A stretch of DNA of 61,612 nucleotides, the filler included, from a bacterium (lineage in GTDB: Bacteria; JACRDZ01; JAQUKH01), in assembly GCA_028719205.1 (NCBI GenBank). It is 3 parts of 3 records of this genome, joined end to end, with 100 filler letters (N's around TTAATTAATTAA, not from the genome) between each part and the next. Parts side by side here need not be neighbours in the genome. Positions count along the whole stretch, not along the records: positions 23,081 to 42,638 come from JAQUKH010000039.1; 2 more parts are not named here. One strand, written 5' to 3'. Below, piece by piece: positions 29,240 through 38,944 of the stretch. The first letter of the stretch is position 1, and the number at the start of each line of letters is the position of its first letter. The position numbers and the translations under genes are program-made. The notes beneath the pieces were generated by a model that saw only the letters and a list, made by a program, of their open reading frames with translations, ran no database searches and had not been told where the DNA came from.

Positions 29240-32053
29240 TTACTGTATCGCCTTGAGATGGCGGTTTAACTTATCAAGTTTTTCTTTCATTAAAACTATT
29301 TTATCTTTTTCTTTTTGGACTATATCCTTTGGAGCGCGTTCCACGAAATTCTTGTTCTCTAATTGCGCGGAAAGCCTTTTTATTTCATTTTCGATGTTCC
29401 CCATTTCCCTTCTCAAACGGGCATTTTCCTTGTCAAGGTCGATAAGGCCTGCCAGCGGAACAAAAATCTCGATCTTACCTACTAAAGCGGAAACTGAATT
29501 TTCAGGTTTTTCAGCGTTAAGATCGATAGATATATCTTTAGTTTTAGTTAATCTTTTTATATAGCTTTCAGTTTGCTTTAAAATATCCGATTCTTTTTTT
29601 GACTTCGGCTTAATTACAGCGTTAATGTCCTTACCCGGCTCAATGTTCATTTCCGACCGAATATTCCTAAGAGCAGTCACTATATCCATCAACAGGTTCA
29701 TTTCATTTTCTTTTTCAGGATAAATAACTTCCTTTTCAAGTTCAGGCCATTCCGAGATCATAATGCTTTCTTTCCGTTCCAGAAAATACGGCAGGTTCTG
29801 CCATATTTCTTCGCTGATAAACGGCATAAAAGGATGCAGAAGCCTCATACTCACTTCCAGTGTGGAAACAAGCACATATTGAACCGTCAATTTTTGTTTT
29901 TCATCTCCGTTCAATAAACGGTCTTTTGCCAATTCCAGATACCAGTCACAATATTCATGCCAGATAAACTCATAAATAGTTTGAGCCGCCTCATTAAATT
30001 TATATTCCGAAAGAGCGTCCGTAACTTTTGCGATAGTATGCTGCAGCCTGCTCCTTATCCAGAAATCAGCAAGGTCAAAATCAAGTTCCCAGGGAACGAT
30101 CTTCAAAGAATTAAAACCCGATAAGTTCATTATCACGAAACGCGACGCGTTCCAGATCTTATTCGCGAAATTACGGTATCCCGCGATACGCTCTTCTGAA
30201 AGCACGATATCCCTTCCCTGAGCGGCAAAAGCGGCCAATGTGAACCTCAAGGCGTCCGTCCCGAATTTATCTATCATGATCAGGGGATCAATTACATTCC
30301 CGCGCGACTTGCTCATCTTATGCCCCTGCGCGTCGCGCACCAGGGCATGGATATAAACATCTTTAAAAGGAACTTTTTTATTGAATTTCAGCCCCATCAT
30401 TATCATACGGGCGACCCAGAAAAACAAAATATCAAAACTTGTCACAAGGCAGGATGTCGGATAAAAAGCTTTAAGCTCTTCCGTTTTTTCCGGCCAGCCT
30501 AAAGTAGAGAACGGCCAAAGAGCCGAACTGAACCATGTGTCAAGAACATCCGGATCCTGATGAAGGTCCGTTGACCCGCATACCGGACATTTTTTCGGCT
30601 CTGTAATCGAAACAATGACTCCTTCGTTTCTCTGCGTTTCGGACTCTAACTTGTGACTTGTGACTTGTGACTTGGAACCTTCTTTTTTTTCACATTTCGT
30701 ACAATACCATACCGGTATCCTGTGCCCCCACCATATCTGGCGGGAAATACACCAGTCACGGATATTGTTCATCCACGAAGAATATGTGCTATTCCAGGAT
30801 TCCGGAACAAATTTCACCTTCCCGTCTTCTACCGCTTTTATCGCGGGTTCAGCAAGAGGCTTCATCTTCACAAACCACTGCAGGGAAAGATACGGCTCGA
30901 CAACCGTTTGACAGCGGTAACAATGCCCCACCGCGTTCTCATAATCCTTTATTTCAAACATCAGGTCCTGAGCCGTCAAGTCTTCAATTATTTTTTTTCT
31001 GCACTCAAAACGATCCATACCCTGATATAAAGGCGAATTCTCGTTTATATGCCCTTTTTCATCCATTATTCTAAGAATAGGCAAATCATGCCGTTTTGCC
31101 ACTTCAAAATCGTTAACATCATGCGCGGGAGTTATCTTCACAACACCCGTTCCAAACGCCATATCAACATAGTTATCAGCCACAATAGGGATTTCGCGAT
31201 TCACCAAAGGTAAAATAACTGTCTTTCCGACCAGATGCTTATACCTCTCATCATTCGGGTTCACCGCCACCGCCGTATCTCCCAGCATCGTTTCAGGCCT
31301 AGTAGTAGCAACGATCAGAAAGGGCGATTCATGAATCGCCCCTACATTTCTGGTGACTTGTGACTTGTCACTTGTGACTTTTTTTATTGGATATTTGATA
31401 TGATACAGCTTCCCTTTCGTCTCCTGATATTCCACTTCAATATCCGACAACGCCGTATGGCATCTCGGGCACCAGTTGATTATATAATTGCCGCGATAAA
31501 TAAGGCCATCGTTATAAAGCCGGACAAAAACTTCTTTAACCGCTTTAGATAAACCCTCATCCATCGTAAACCGTTCTCTCTGCCAGTCACAGGACGCGCC
31601 AAGCCTTTTTAATTGAGAAATAATCGTTCCGCCGGATTTTTCTCTCCATTTCCATACCCGTTCTATGAACTTTTCACGGCCAAGCTGATGCCGGTTGATT
31701 TTTTCTTCTTTAAGCTGGCGCTCCACGACATTCTGCGTGGCAATGCCGGCATGATCCGTACCAGGCATCCAGAGAACATTGTATCCCTGCATGCGCTTCC
31801 ATCGGGCTAAAATATCCTGCAGTGTATTATTCAACGCGTGGCCGACATGAAGCACTCCCGTAATATTAGGCGGAGGGATAACTATACAATAACTTTTTTT
31901 ATCGCTTTTTGTGTCCGCGTGGAAATAATTTTTATCCATCCAGAAAGAATACCAACGGTCTTCAACAAGTTTCGGGTCATAAACTTTCGGTATCTCTTTT
32001 ATATTTTCAGAATTGTCTTTTTTTTCTTTAATAATTAACTCAGGAATATCCAT
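29240..32053 (-). CDS. valS: Valine--tRNA ligase
   Basis: PPPNITGVLHVGH, DWCISRQIWWGH, KMSKS, C-terminal coiled coil. Confidence 0.98.
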   Translation of the reverse strand: MDIPELIIKEKKDNSENIKEIPKVYDPKLVEDRWYSFWMDKNYFHADTKSDKKSYCIVIPPPNITGVLHVGHALNNTLQDILARWKRMQGYNVLWMPGTDHAGIATQNVVERQLKEEKINRHQLGREKFIERVWKWREKSGGTIISQLKRLGASCDWQRERFTMDEGLSKAVKEVFVRLYNDGLIYRGNYIINWCPRCHTALSDIEVEYQETKGKLYHIKYPIKKVTSDKSQVTRNVGAIHESPFLIVATTRPETMLGDTAVAVNPNDERYKHLVGKTVILPLVNREIPIVADNYVDMAFGTGVVKITPAHDVNDFEVAKRHDLPILRIMDEKGHINENSPLYQGMDRFECRKKIIEDLTAQDLMFEIKDYENAVGHCYRCQTVVEPYLSLQWFVKMKPLAEPAIKAVEDGKVKFVPESWNSTYSSWMNNIRDWCISRQIWWGHRIPVWYCTKCEKKEGSKSQVTSHKLESETQRNEGVIVSITEPKKCPVCGSTDLHQDPDVLDTWFSSALWPFSTLGWPEKTEELKAFYPTSCLVTSFDILFFWVARMIMMGLKFNKKVPFKDVYIHALVRDAQGHKMSKSRGNVIDPLIMIDKFGTDALRFTLAAFAAQGRDIVLSEERIAGYRNFANKIWNASRFVIMNLSGFNSLKIVPWELDFDLADFWIRSRLQHTIAKVTDALSEYKFNEAAQTIYEFIWHEYCDWYLELAKDRLLNGDEKQKLTVQYVLVSTLEVSMRLLHPFMPFISEEIWQNLPYFLERKESIMISEWPELEKEVIYPEKENEMNLLMDIVTALRNIRSEMNIEPGKDINAVIKPKSKKESDILKQTESYIKRLTKTKDISIDLNAEKPENSVSALVGKIEIFVPLAGLIDLDKENARLRREMGNIENEIKRLSAQLENKNFVERAPKDIVQKEKDKIVLMKEKLDKLNRHLKAIQ
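30651..30671. repeat. Heptamer tandem repeat (TTGTGAC)x3 in frame within valS
   Basis: Read directly from sequence; falls in the segment encoding SKSQVTSHK. Confidence 0.8.
31321..31378. repeat. GTAG-type REP palindrome plus four TTGTGAC-like heptamers in frame within valS
   Basis: Minus strand GTAGGGGCGATTCATGAATCGCCCT (31345-31321); TGGTGAC TTGTGAC TTGTCAC TTGTGAC (31351-31378). Confidence 0.8.
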
Positions 32054-32077
32054 TTTGCTCCCCTGGTGTAATATTAA

Positions 32078-32138
32078 TTACACCTGATTACACAGATCCG
32101 CCACGGCGGACAAGTTAAAATACTCGATTACACAGATT
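32078..32138. repeat. GATTACACAGAT direct repeats with embedded TCCGCC-AC-GGCGGA palindrome
   Basis: Copies at 32086-32097 and 32126-32137; palindrome at 32097-32110. Confidence 0.55.
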
Positions 32139-32146
32139 CATAGGAT

Positions 32147-33727
32147 TTAATGCAGTTTTTTTTCGAAATCTTTAAGCAGTTTGTATTCGAAGCTGTCCAC
32201 CAAGGCCTGCCAGCTTGCCTCAATAATATTTTCCGATACCCCTACTGTTCCCCACGTATCTTCATGGTCACCGGATTCGATCAAAACACGCACCTTCGCG
32301 ATCGTGCCCACACCTTCAGTCAAAACCCTTACTTTATAATCTAACAGTTTCATCTCTTTAAGTTGAGGATAAAAATCTTCCAGGATCCCGCGAAGCGCGT
32401 TATCCAGCGCGTTCACAGGGCCGTCACCTTCGGCAACCGTATAATTCCGCTCGCCATTGACCATGACCTTAACGACAGCCTCTGAAATAATATCTTTTAT
32501 ACCGCGTTTTTCAACAAGTACCCTGAAACTTTCCAGGTCAAAAAACTTTTTATATTTGCCTGTCGCTTTTTTAACCAAAAGTTCAAAAGACCCTTCAGCG
32601 CCTTCGAACTGGTATCCCATCTGCTCCAGTTTTTTTACATTCTTTAAAATTTCTTTTACCTGGGGGTCATTTTTAGTAAAATCAAGCCCATAGTCTCCCG
32701 CCTTGCTTAAGATCGTACTCTGGCCTGAAAGTTCTGAAACCAGTATCCTGCGGGCATTACCCACTAAGAGCGGATCAATATGCTCATAAGTAGATTCATG
32801 TTTCCTTACCGCGCTGATATGAATACCCCCCTTGTGCGTAAAAGCCGATTTACCCACATAAGGCTGGTTTTCACGATGCGGCAGATTCGCAAGTTCGCTA
32901 ATAAACCTCGAAACCTCAGTGAGCATCTGAAGCCTGCGCTCCGTCAAATAATTAATTTGTAATTTTAACTGCAGGTTTGGGATTATCGAACAAAGATTCG
33001 CGTTACCGCACCTCTCACCATAACCATTTATCGTTCCCTGTACCATATTCACGCCGCATTTAACCGCGACCAGAGAATTGGCAACAGCCAGGTCGTTATC
33101 ATTATGTGTATGAATACCTAAACTAATTTTTGGAAAACATGCTTTTACCCCGCCAATAATTTCCTCTATTTCCCAGGGCAGAGTGCCGCCATTCGTATCA
33201 CACAGGCACAAACAATCAGCCCCAGCCTCATGCGCCTTTTCCAGAGTTTTAAGCGCGTAATCCTTGTTTGCCTTGTAACCGTCAAAAAAATGTTCCGCGT
33301 CGTAAATAACTTCTTTTCTTTTTGACTTAAGGAATGAAACTGTTTCATAGATCATCTTAAGATTTTCTTCAAGCGTGGTTTCTAAAGCCTTTTTGACATG
33401 AAAATCCCAGGATTTTCCGAATATAGTAATAACTTCTATTCCGGCTGACAATAAAGCCTGTACATTGGCATCTTCACTAGTTTTACTATCCGGTTTACGG
33501 GTACTTCCAAACGCGCAAATTTTAGCATGTGAGAGTTTAATTTTCTTTACTTCCTGAAAGAATATTTCATCTTTTGGATTTGATCCCGGCCAGCCGCATT
33601 CAATATAATGTATCCCGAACTCATCCAGTTTTTTTACGATCCGGAGTTTATCTTCCAAGGAAAAAGAAACGCCCTCTCCCTGCGCACCATCCCGTAATGT
33701 AGTATCATAAATTTTTAGTTTTACCAC
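32147..33727 (-). CDS. cimA: Citramalate synthase (LeuA/CimA family)
   Basis: [68 protein letters not shown]. Confidence 0.9.
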   Translation of the reverse strand: MVKLKIYDTTLRDGAQGEGVSFSLEDKLRIVKKLDEFGIHYIECGWPGSNPKDEIFFQEVKKIKLSHAKICAFGSTRKPDSKTSEDANVQALLSAGIEVITIFGKSWDFHVKKALETTLEENLKMIYETVSFLKSKRKEVIYDAEHFFDGYKANKDYALKTLEKAHEAGADCLCLCDTNGGTLPWEIEEIIGGVKACFPKISLGIHTHNDNDLAVANSLVAVKCGVNMVQGTINGYGERCGNANLCSIIPNLQLKLQINYLTERRLQMLTEVSRFISELANLPHRENQPYVGKSAFTHKGGIHISAVRKHESTYEHIDPLLVGNARRILVSELSGQSTILSKAGDYGLDFTKNDPQVKEILKNVKKLEQMGYQFEGAEGSFELLVKKATGKYKKFFDLESFRVLVEKRGIKDIISEAVVKVMVNGERNYTVAEGDGPVNALDNALRGILEDFYPQLKEMKLLDYKVRVLTEGVGTIAKVRVLIESGDHEDTWGTVGVSENIIEASWQALVDSFEYKLLKDFEKKLH

Positions 33728-33798
33728 CCCTTTTTCCCCTCCTTCGCAAGGAGGGGATTCAGGGGAGGTAATTCTTTCAGTAATTTTGTATTGTCCAT
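33721..33798 (-). CDS. Putative 25-aa upstream ORF overlapping the cimA start
   Basis: [33 protein letters not shown]; its stop lies just past the cimA GTG. Confidence 0.35.
   Translation of the reverse strand: MDNTKLLKELPPLNPLLAKEGKKGW
33722..33770. repeat. Long hairpin element overlapping the cimA SD and start codon
   Basis: Minus strand TACCTCCCCT-GAA-TCCCCTCCTT-GCG-AAGGAGGGGA-AAA-AGGGGTGGTA. Confidence 0.7.
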
Positions 33799-33880
33799 TT
33801 TGCCTCTTAAGCCCCCCACGCCCTTATTGATTAAACTATATCTTATCTTGTGATTTTTTGCAATAAAAATATTTGGATGT

Positions 33881-36229
33881 TCATATCTTTGTGAAATCTA
33901 CACCGGGATTATCTAATACTCTCTTGAGTCCGGCTAATTTCGGTATGGGTTTTTCTTCTTGCGCGGAAAGCGGCTGTTCGACCGGAAGATAAATATAAAA
34001 AGTTGTACCAAGATTTAATTGGCTTTTGATCTCGATCATCCCGTTATGATCCGCAATGATCTGATGTGAAATAGACAGGCCAAGGCCGGTTCCATCGTCT
34101 TTAGTCGTAAAAAAAGGCGTAAACAGATTCCCAAGATTTTCTTCGCTTATACCTTCACCTGTATCACTTATATCAATCCTGATATAATCCTTACCTTTTA
34201 TATCTATCTTTTGAGTAGAAACAGATAAAGTTCCGCCCTTCTTCATAGCTTCGATCGCATTCATAAAAAAATTAATAAAAACCTGCTTCATTTTTTCCGG
34301 ATCAAACATAATCATAGGGATCTTGACATCATAATGTTTTTCGAACTTTACATTTTTCCGTTTAGTTTCCATTGCTACAAATATTATTATCTTTTCTATA
34401 AAGACATTTAGGTTTTCTGATACTAATTTAGCCCCTTTTTTTCTTGAAAATCCCAGGATCTCGTCAACTAAGCGGGAAATTCTGTCTGCCTCGCCCATCG
34501 CGAGTTTATAAAAATCAGTCTTGAATTCTTCATTATCACAACGTTCAGGGAAAAGCTGAAAGAAGGTTTTGATCGTCCCCAGCGGATTCCGGATCTCATG
34601 CGCTACGCCTGAAACAAGAAGCCCAAGCGACGCAAGTTTATCCATATGCCTTACCATCTGAAACCTCTGGGTATCCATTTCAATAAGCTGCGCGTTTTGG
34701 ATCGCTACCGCAGCCTGGGTGCTTAAGGTGTTAAGAAGCACCAGATCCTCATCTGAATAAGCATCTTTATTACCCTTCATATCCATGCTGATTATTCCGA
34801 CCAATTTATCATGCAAAAATAGCGGGATAGATATCTCCGCTGAGATCATCTTCATTTCTTTCACAATGAACCAGTAATTTAATCTTTTCCATTCTTTTTC
34901 CGAAAGCCCTGATATTTCTCTTTTATTTTCCACCTCTTTTTCTTCTTGCCCTTCAGCATCTTGCTTCTGACTTTCTTTATATTTCTTTATCGCATCCTGA
35001 TAAACCGGTTCTTCGAGCATCCGTTCTCTTTCCTCTTTGATTATAATTTTCTTTGTATCTTTCATCGCGTCAATAAAATGATCAGAAGGCATGATTTTAA
35101 AAGAATCAATTAATTCCTGTTCCAATCCGTTTGAATAAAATATTTTATAATTATTCTTTTTTTGATCTAGCGCGATGATCGAGATCTTGTTTACTTCAAA
35201 CGCCCTGTTTAATTGCTCCACAATAACTTTAAGCAGGCTATGCAGATCTAAAACATTTACAATAGCATTATTTAACTCATCAATAACTTCTTTGTAATCG
35301 TATTTTTCCCTAAAAAATATATCTTTAAATTTCTTCTGCATTTTGGCTATAATTTTTGGGTAAAATAAACTGACAATTAAAGTAATCAAAAATACAGTAA
35401 TACTTATCCACCAATTAAATACCACCATATTATGATTTGTAATTCCTCCAAAAAGGTAATCTTCCCATGCAAGCAATACCGGAACGAATAAAAGCGCCGT
35501 TAAAATTGATAAAACAAAATAAGTTGCAGCTTTGGTGATAATTGCGTGGATGTCCAGAAGATGATGGCGAACAATAGCATAGGTCATAATCAAAAGATAA
35601 CCTATTGATATGAAGTTATCAATGGGAGGAACTTCGATTCCAAATAAATTTAAAAAAACTACTATTATTGCTAAAATACCTACAGATGAAGCTAATAGAA
35701 AATATTTTATTTGGGTCTTCTTTAATCCTGTAGTTCTTTTATAATAATAAATCAATTTATAAAACCAATAGCAAATAACCCAAACAGTAAATAATGTTAC
35801 GAGGTTATATAATATACCAGGTTTTGGGAAATATCTGCTATAGCTTGTTGTTTTTTCAAGAATTAGGTCATTTAACATAAATGGAGTAAATAAAGTTAAA
35901 ACCCATAATAAGAGAGGAAAATAATTTAGAAAATATCTAAAATATTTTTTAGGTGATTCATCAAAAATTGAGAGACTAAGTCTAGCAAAAGCTGAAGGGA
36001 AAAATATAGTGCCAATATGCAGGAATTTTATTATATAAAGATATAGAGTTTTATCTATGGGTAATTTTAATGCCAATAAAAAATCAGATATAGCCCAAAT
36101 TCCTGTTGTTAGGCATACAAAAGCATAAGCTCTATTTTGATTCCCATATCTATTTCTAAAAAAAACAAAAGTACCTAATAAAAAATAGGCTAATAAAACT
36201 ATTAAAGTTGATATTGAATAATAATCCAT
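33881..36229 (-). CDS. Sensor histidine kinase: N-terminal multi-TM (HisKA_7TM-like) + GAF + HisKA + HATPase_c
   Basis: About 8-9 hydrophobic segments ending near YAIVRHHLLDI; GAF (IPLF..LVGII..YSDED); AHEIRNPL, QVFINFFMNA, DTGEGI, FTPFFTTK, GTGLGL. Confidence 0.9.
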   Translation of the reverse strand: MDYYSISTLIVLLAYFLLGTFVFFRNRYGNQNRAYAFVCLTTGIWAISDFLLALKLPIDKTLYLYIIKFLHIGTIFFPSAFARLSLSIFDESPKKYFRYFLNYFPLLLWVLTLFTPFMLNDLILEKTTSYSRYFPKPGILYNLVTLFTVWVICYWFYKLIYYYKRTTGLKKTQIKYFLLASSVGILAIIVVFLNLFGIEVPPIDNFISIGYLLIMTYAIVRHHLLDIHAIITKAATYFVLSILTALLFVPVLLAWEDYLFGGITNHNMVVFNWWISITVFLITLIVSLFYPKIIAKMQKKFKDIFFREKYDYKEVIDELNNAIVNVLDLHSLLKVIVEQLNRAFEVNKISIIALDQKKNNYKIFYSNGLEQELIDSFKIMPSDHFIDAMKDTKKIIIKEERERMLEEPVYQDAIKKYKESQKQDAEGQEEKEVENKREISGLSEKEWKRLNYWFIVKEMKMISAEISIPLFLHDKLVGIISMDMKGNKDAYSDEDLVLLNTLSTQAAVAIQNAQLIEMDTQRFQMVRHMDKLASLGLLVSGVAHEIRNPLGTIKTFFQLFPERCDNEEFKTDFYKLAMGEADRISRLVDEILGFSRKKGAKLVSENLNVFIEKIIIFVAMETKRKNVKFEKHYDVKIPMIMFDPEKMKQVFINFFMNAIEAMKKGGTLSVSTQKIDIKGKDYIRIDISDTGEGISEENLGNLFTPFFTTKDDGTGLGLSISHQIIADHNGMIEIKSQLNLGTTFYIYLPVEQPLSAQEEKPIPKLAGLKRVLDNPGVDFTKI

Positions 36230-36232
36230 TTT

Positions 36233-37444
36233 TTAAATAATTTCCAGTTTTTTCCCAACTTTTTCAAGTTTATTCAACAAATAATCTATTTGCTTTTTTG
36301 TATGTGTAGACATAAGTGAAAACCTGATTCTCGCCTTTCCTAAAGGAACAGCAGTATATCTAACACATAAGGCAAAGATACCTTCTTCAAATAATAACTT
36401 TGCCATTTCAATTGCCATTTTTTCATCCCCGATTAAAATCGGTATAATCTGGCTTTCGCTCTCCATCGTATCAAATCCTAATCTTTTAAACCCATTTCGT
36501 GTATAATTAATATTGTCCCAAAGTTTTTCCCTTAATTCAGGATGTTTTTCAATCTCTTCTATTGCCGCATTGACTCCCGCCATCATCGCGAATGCCGGCG
36601 AAGCGGTAAAAATATATGACCGTGCGGATATTCTTAAAAAATCAACCAGATCTTTTGAACTTGCAATAAAACCGCCAACTCCTCCCAATGTCTTACTAAA
36701 AGTTCCCATTTTAATATCAATTTCTTTTTCCAGGCCAAAATGTTCTGCCAAACCATGGCCATGTTTCCCAAAGATTCCTGTCCCATGAGCCTCATCCAGC
36801 ATAATTAAAGCGTTATATTTTCTAGCCAAGCTTACTATTTCAGGTAACGGAGCAATATCACCATCTAAACTAAAAACTGATTCAGTAATAATCAGCTTAT
36901 TTCTATTATTTTTATTATCTTTTAAAATCTTTTCTAATTCTTTTAAATCTTTATGTCTATAAATGGCTTTATCAACATTAGCCAAATGGCAACCATCAAT
37001 TATACACGCATGATTTAATTCATCGCTTATAATCAATCCTTTATCTAATTTTTTATTTATCCCTAAAGCCTGCTGCCACTTATCTAATCCATTGAACATA
37101 GCAGGAATTATACCTAAATTAACAGTATAACCTGTTGAAAAAACTATTGCAGATTCTGTTTTCTTAAATTCAGCAATTTTTCTTTCAAGTTTTTCATGGA
37201 TATCACTCGTCCCACTCATTAATCTTGCGCTACATGGACTTAATCCATATTTTTTTATTGCTTTAATTGCTGCGTTTGTAACATTTTTATTCGTCGATAG
37301 CCCCAGATAGTTATTCGAACAAAAAAGCAAATATTTTTTACCATCAATAATTACCTCTGGTTTTGGAGAACTACATACAGTCTTAATCTCCGGATACAAT
37401 CCTTTTTCTTTGATTAAATTAACAACATGTCTAATTTCTTCCAT
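36233..37444 (-). CDS. PLP-dependent alpha-oxoamine synthase (BioF/Kbl/SPT/CqsA family)
   Basis: FCSNNYLGL, SDELNHACIIDG, ESVFSLDGD, LDEAHG, GTFSKTLG (PLP lysine). Confidence 0.9.
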   Translation of the reverse strand: MEEIRHVVNLIKEKGLYPEIKTVCSSPKPEVIIDGKKYLLFCSNNYLGLSTNKNVTNAAIKAIKKYGLSPCSARLMSGTSDIHEKLERKIAEFKKTESAIVFSTGYTVNLGIIPAMFNGLDKWQQALGINKKLDKGLIISDELNHACIIDGCHLANVDKAIYRHKDLKELEKILKDNKNNRNKLIITESVFSLDGDIAPLPEIVSLARKYNALIMLDEAHGTGIFGKHGHGLAEHFGLEKEIDIKMGTFSKTLGGVGGFIASSKDLVDFLRISARSYIFTASPAFAMMAGVNAAIEEIEKHPELREKLWDNINYTRNGFKRLGFDTMESESQIIPILIGDEKMAIEMAKLLFEEGIFALCVRYTAVPLGKARIRFSLMSTHTKKQIDYLLNKLEKVGKKLEII

Positions 37445-37465
37445 AGTATCCCTCTTTTTATTTTA

Positions 37466-38926
37466 TTAGAATTTTAATTTTTTTGCATAATTATGTAAGC
37501 TTATTGTCCCTAATAATGATGAAAGCGAAGGCTCTTTTTTATTTATTAAACCTTTCCATAAAATTTTATTAGATTCCCAATCTTGAGATAAAAGACTTTT
37601 TAGAAAAAGGGAAAAACCATTTTTAGTAAATATTTTACGTTTATTACCATTCTTTTTTACTAAAATACCCTTATCCCATAAACTTCCAAATCTTTTATTG
37701 ATTGACTTATAGGAATATAGTTCTCGCATTAACCAGATATATCCTTTTTGCAAAGCTTCATTGGAGATTAGTTTAGGTTTAAAACAAACTACACCACAAC
37801 TATAATTATTCCAATCTTCGTTAAGAATTCTTCCTTCATCCTTTAATCTTTTATATAATCGTGTCCCTGGGAAAGGGGTCAAAACAGTTATTTGGGGGAA
37901 AGCAATACTATTATCTTCTATAAAATCTTTTATTTTTTCAAATGAACTTTCATCCGCAGAATCATCCCCTAAAATAAAAGCACCTATAATAGAAATTTTA
38001 TTATTATGAATATTATCAATTATTTTAGAATAGTTTTCAACTTTATTTATTTTAGGCTTATTCACCTGTTCTAAATTTTTTTCAGATAAAGATTCAAAAC
38101 CCAAAAGCAGCTGTCTACAGCCGCTTTTATACATAATATCTAACAATTCAGAATCAATTCCAACATCAACAGCTGCTTGTCCTACCCAATGAATGTTATA
38201 TGGAATTAAAGCTTCGAAAAGTTCTCGCGCATATTTTTTATTGGCAGTAATATTATCATCAGAAAAAAAGAAGATCTTATTTTTTTTTATTTTTAATAAC
38301 AATTCAATTTCTTTAATAATATTTGCAATTGGCTTATAACGGTATTCTTTCCCAAAAAACAATTTTACTGAGCAAAAATCACAGTCAAATGGACAACCTC
38401 TCGTTGTCTGGATTGTATGATAAGTATATGAATCTGTCTTTACTAAATCCCACCTTGGAATCGGTGAATTTTCTAATTTTGGTTTACTATTACTCGAGTA
38501 AGTCTTTTTTAAGTTATTTTCTTTAAAATCATTTAATAATTCCCCCCAAACCTCCTCTGCTTCTCCAATAACCACTGAATCAGCATGTTGAAGAGCTTCT
38601 TCCGGCAACACCGAGGTATGTATACCTCCTAAAACTACAGTAACATTTCTTTTTCTGTATGTATCAGCAATTTCATAAGCACGATTTACCGTATAAGTAT
38701 TTGTAGTTATACCTACTAAATCAACTTTTTCGTCAAAATCAATATGTTCAATATTTTCATCGCAAATTTCGACATCTATTCCAGAAGGTGTAAGTGCGGC
38801 TAATGTAGGTAATGCTAAACTAATTTGAGAATATCTTTTATTTGTTAATTTTGCAAATGTACCCATTTCCCAAAAATTAGAAATACCTGATTTTTTATTG
38901 CTTGCAGCAATCAATTTTATCTTCAT
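37466..38926 (-). CDS. Cobalamin-binding radical SAM enzyme
   Basis: B12-binding domain (LPTLAALTP, DLVGIT, VVLGGIH, VIGEAE) plus TTRGCPFDCDFC, FFSDDN, LTPFPGT. Confidence 0.9.
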   Translation of the reverse strand: MKIKLIAASNKKSGISNFWEMGTFAKLTNKRYSQISLALPTLAALTPSGIDVEICDENIEHIDFDEKVDLVGITTNTYTVNRAYEIADTYRKRNVTVVLGGIHTSVLPEEALQHADSVVIGEAEEVWGELLNDFKENNLKKTYSSNSKPKLENSPIPRWDLVKTDSYTYHTIQTTRGCPFDCDFCSVKLFFGKEYRYKPIANIIKEIELLLKIKKNKIFFFSDDNITANKKYARELFEALIPYNIHWVGQAAVDVGIDSELLDIMYKSGCRQLLLGFESLSEKNLEQVNKPKINKVENYSKIIDNIHNNKISIIGAFILGDDSADESSFEKIKDFIEDNSIAFPQITVLTPFPGTRLYKRLKDEGRILNEDWNNYSCGVVCFKPKLISNEALQKGYIWLMRELYSYKSINKRFGSLWDKGILVKKNGNKRKIFTKNGFSLFLKSLLSQDWESNKILWKGLINKKEPSLSSLLGTISLHNYAKKLKF

Positions 38927-38944
38927 AAATCTCCAAATCCAATT

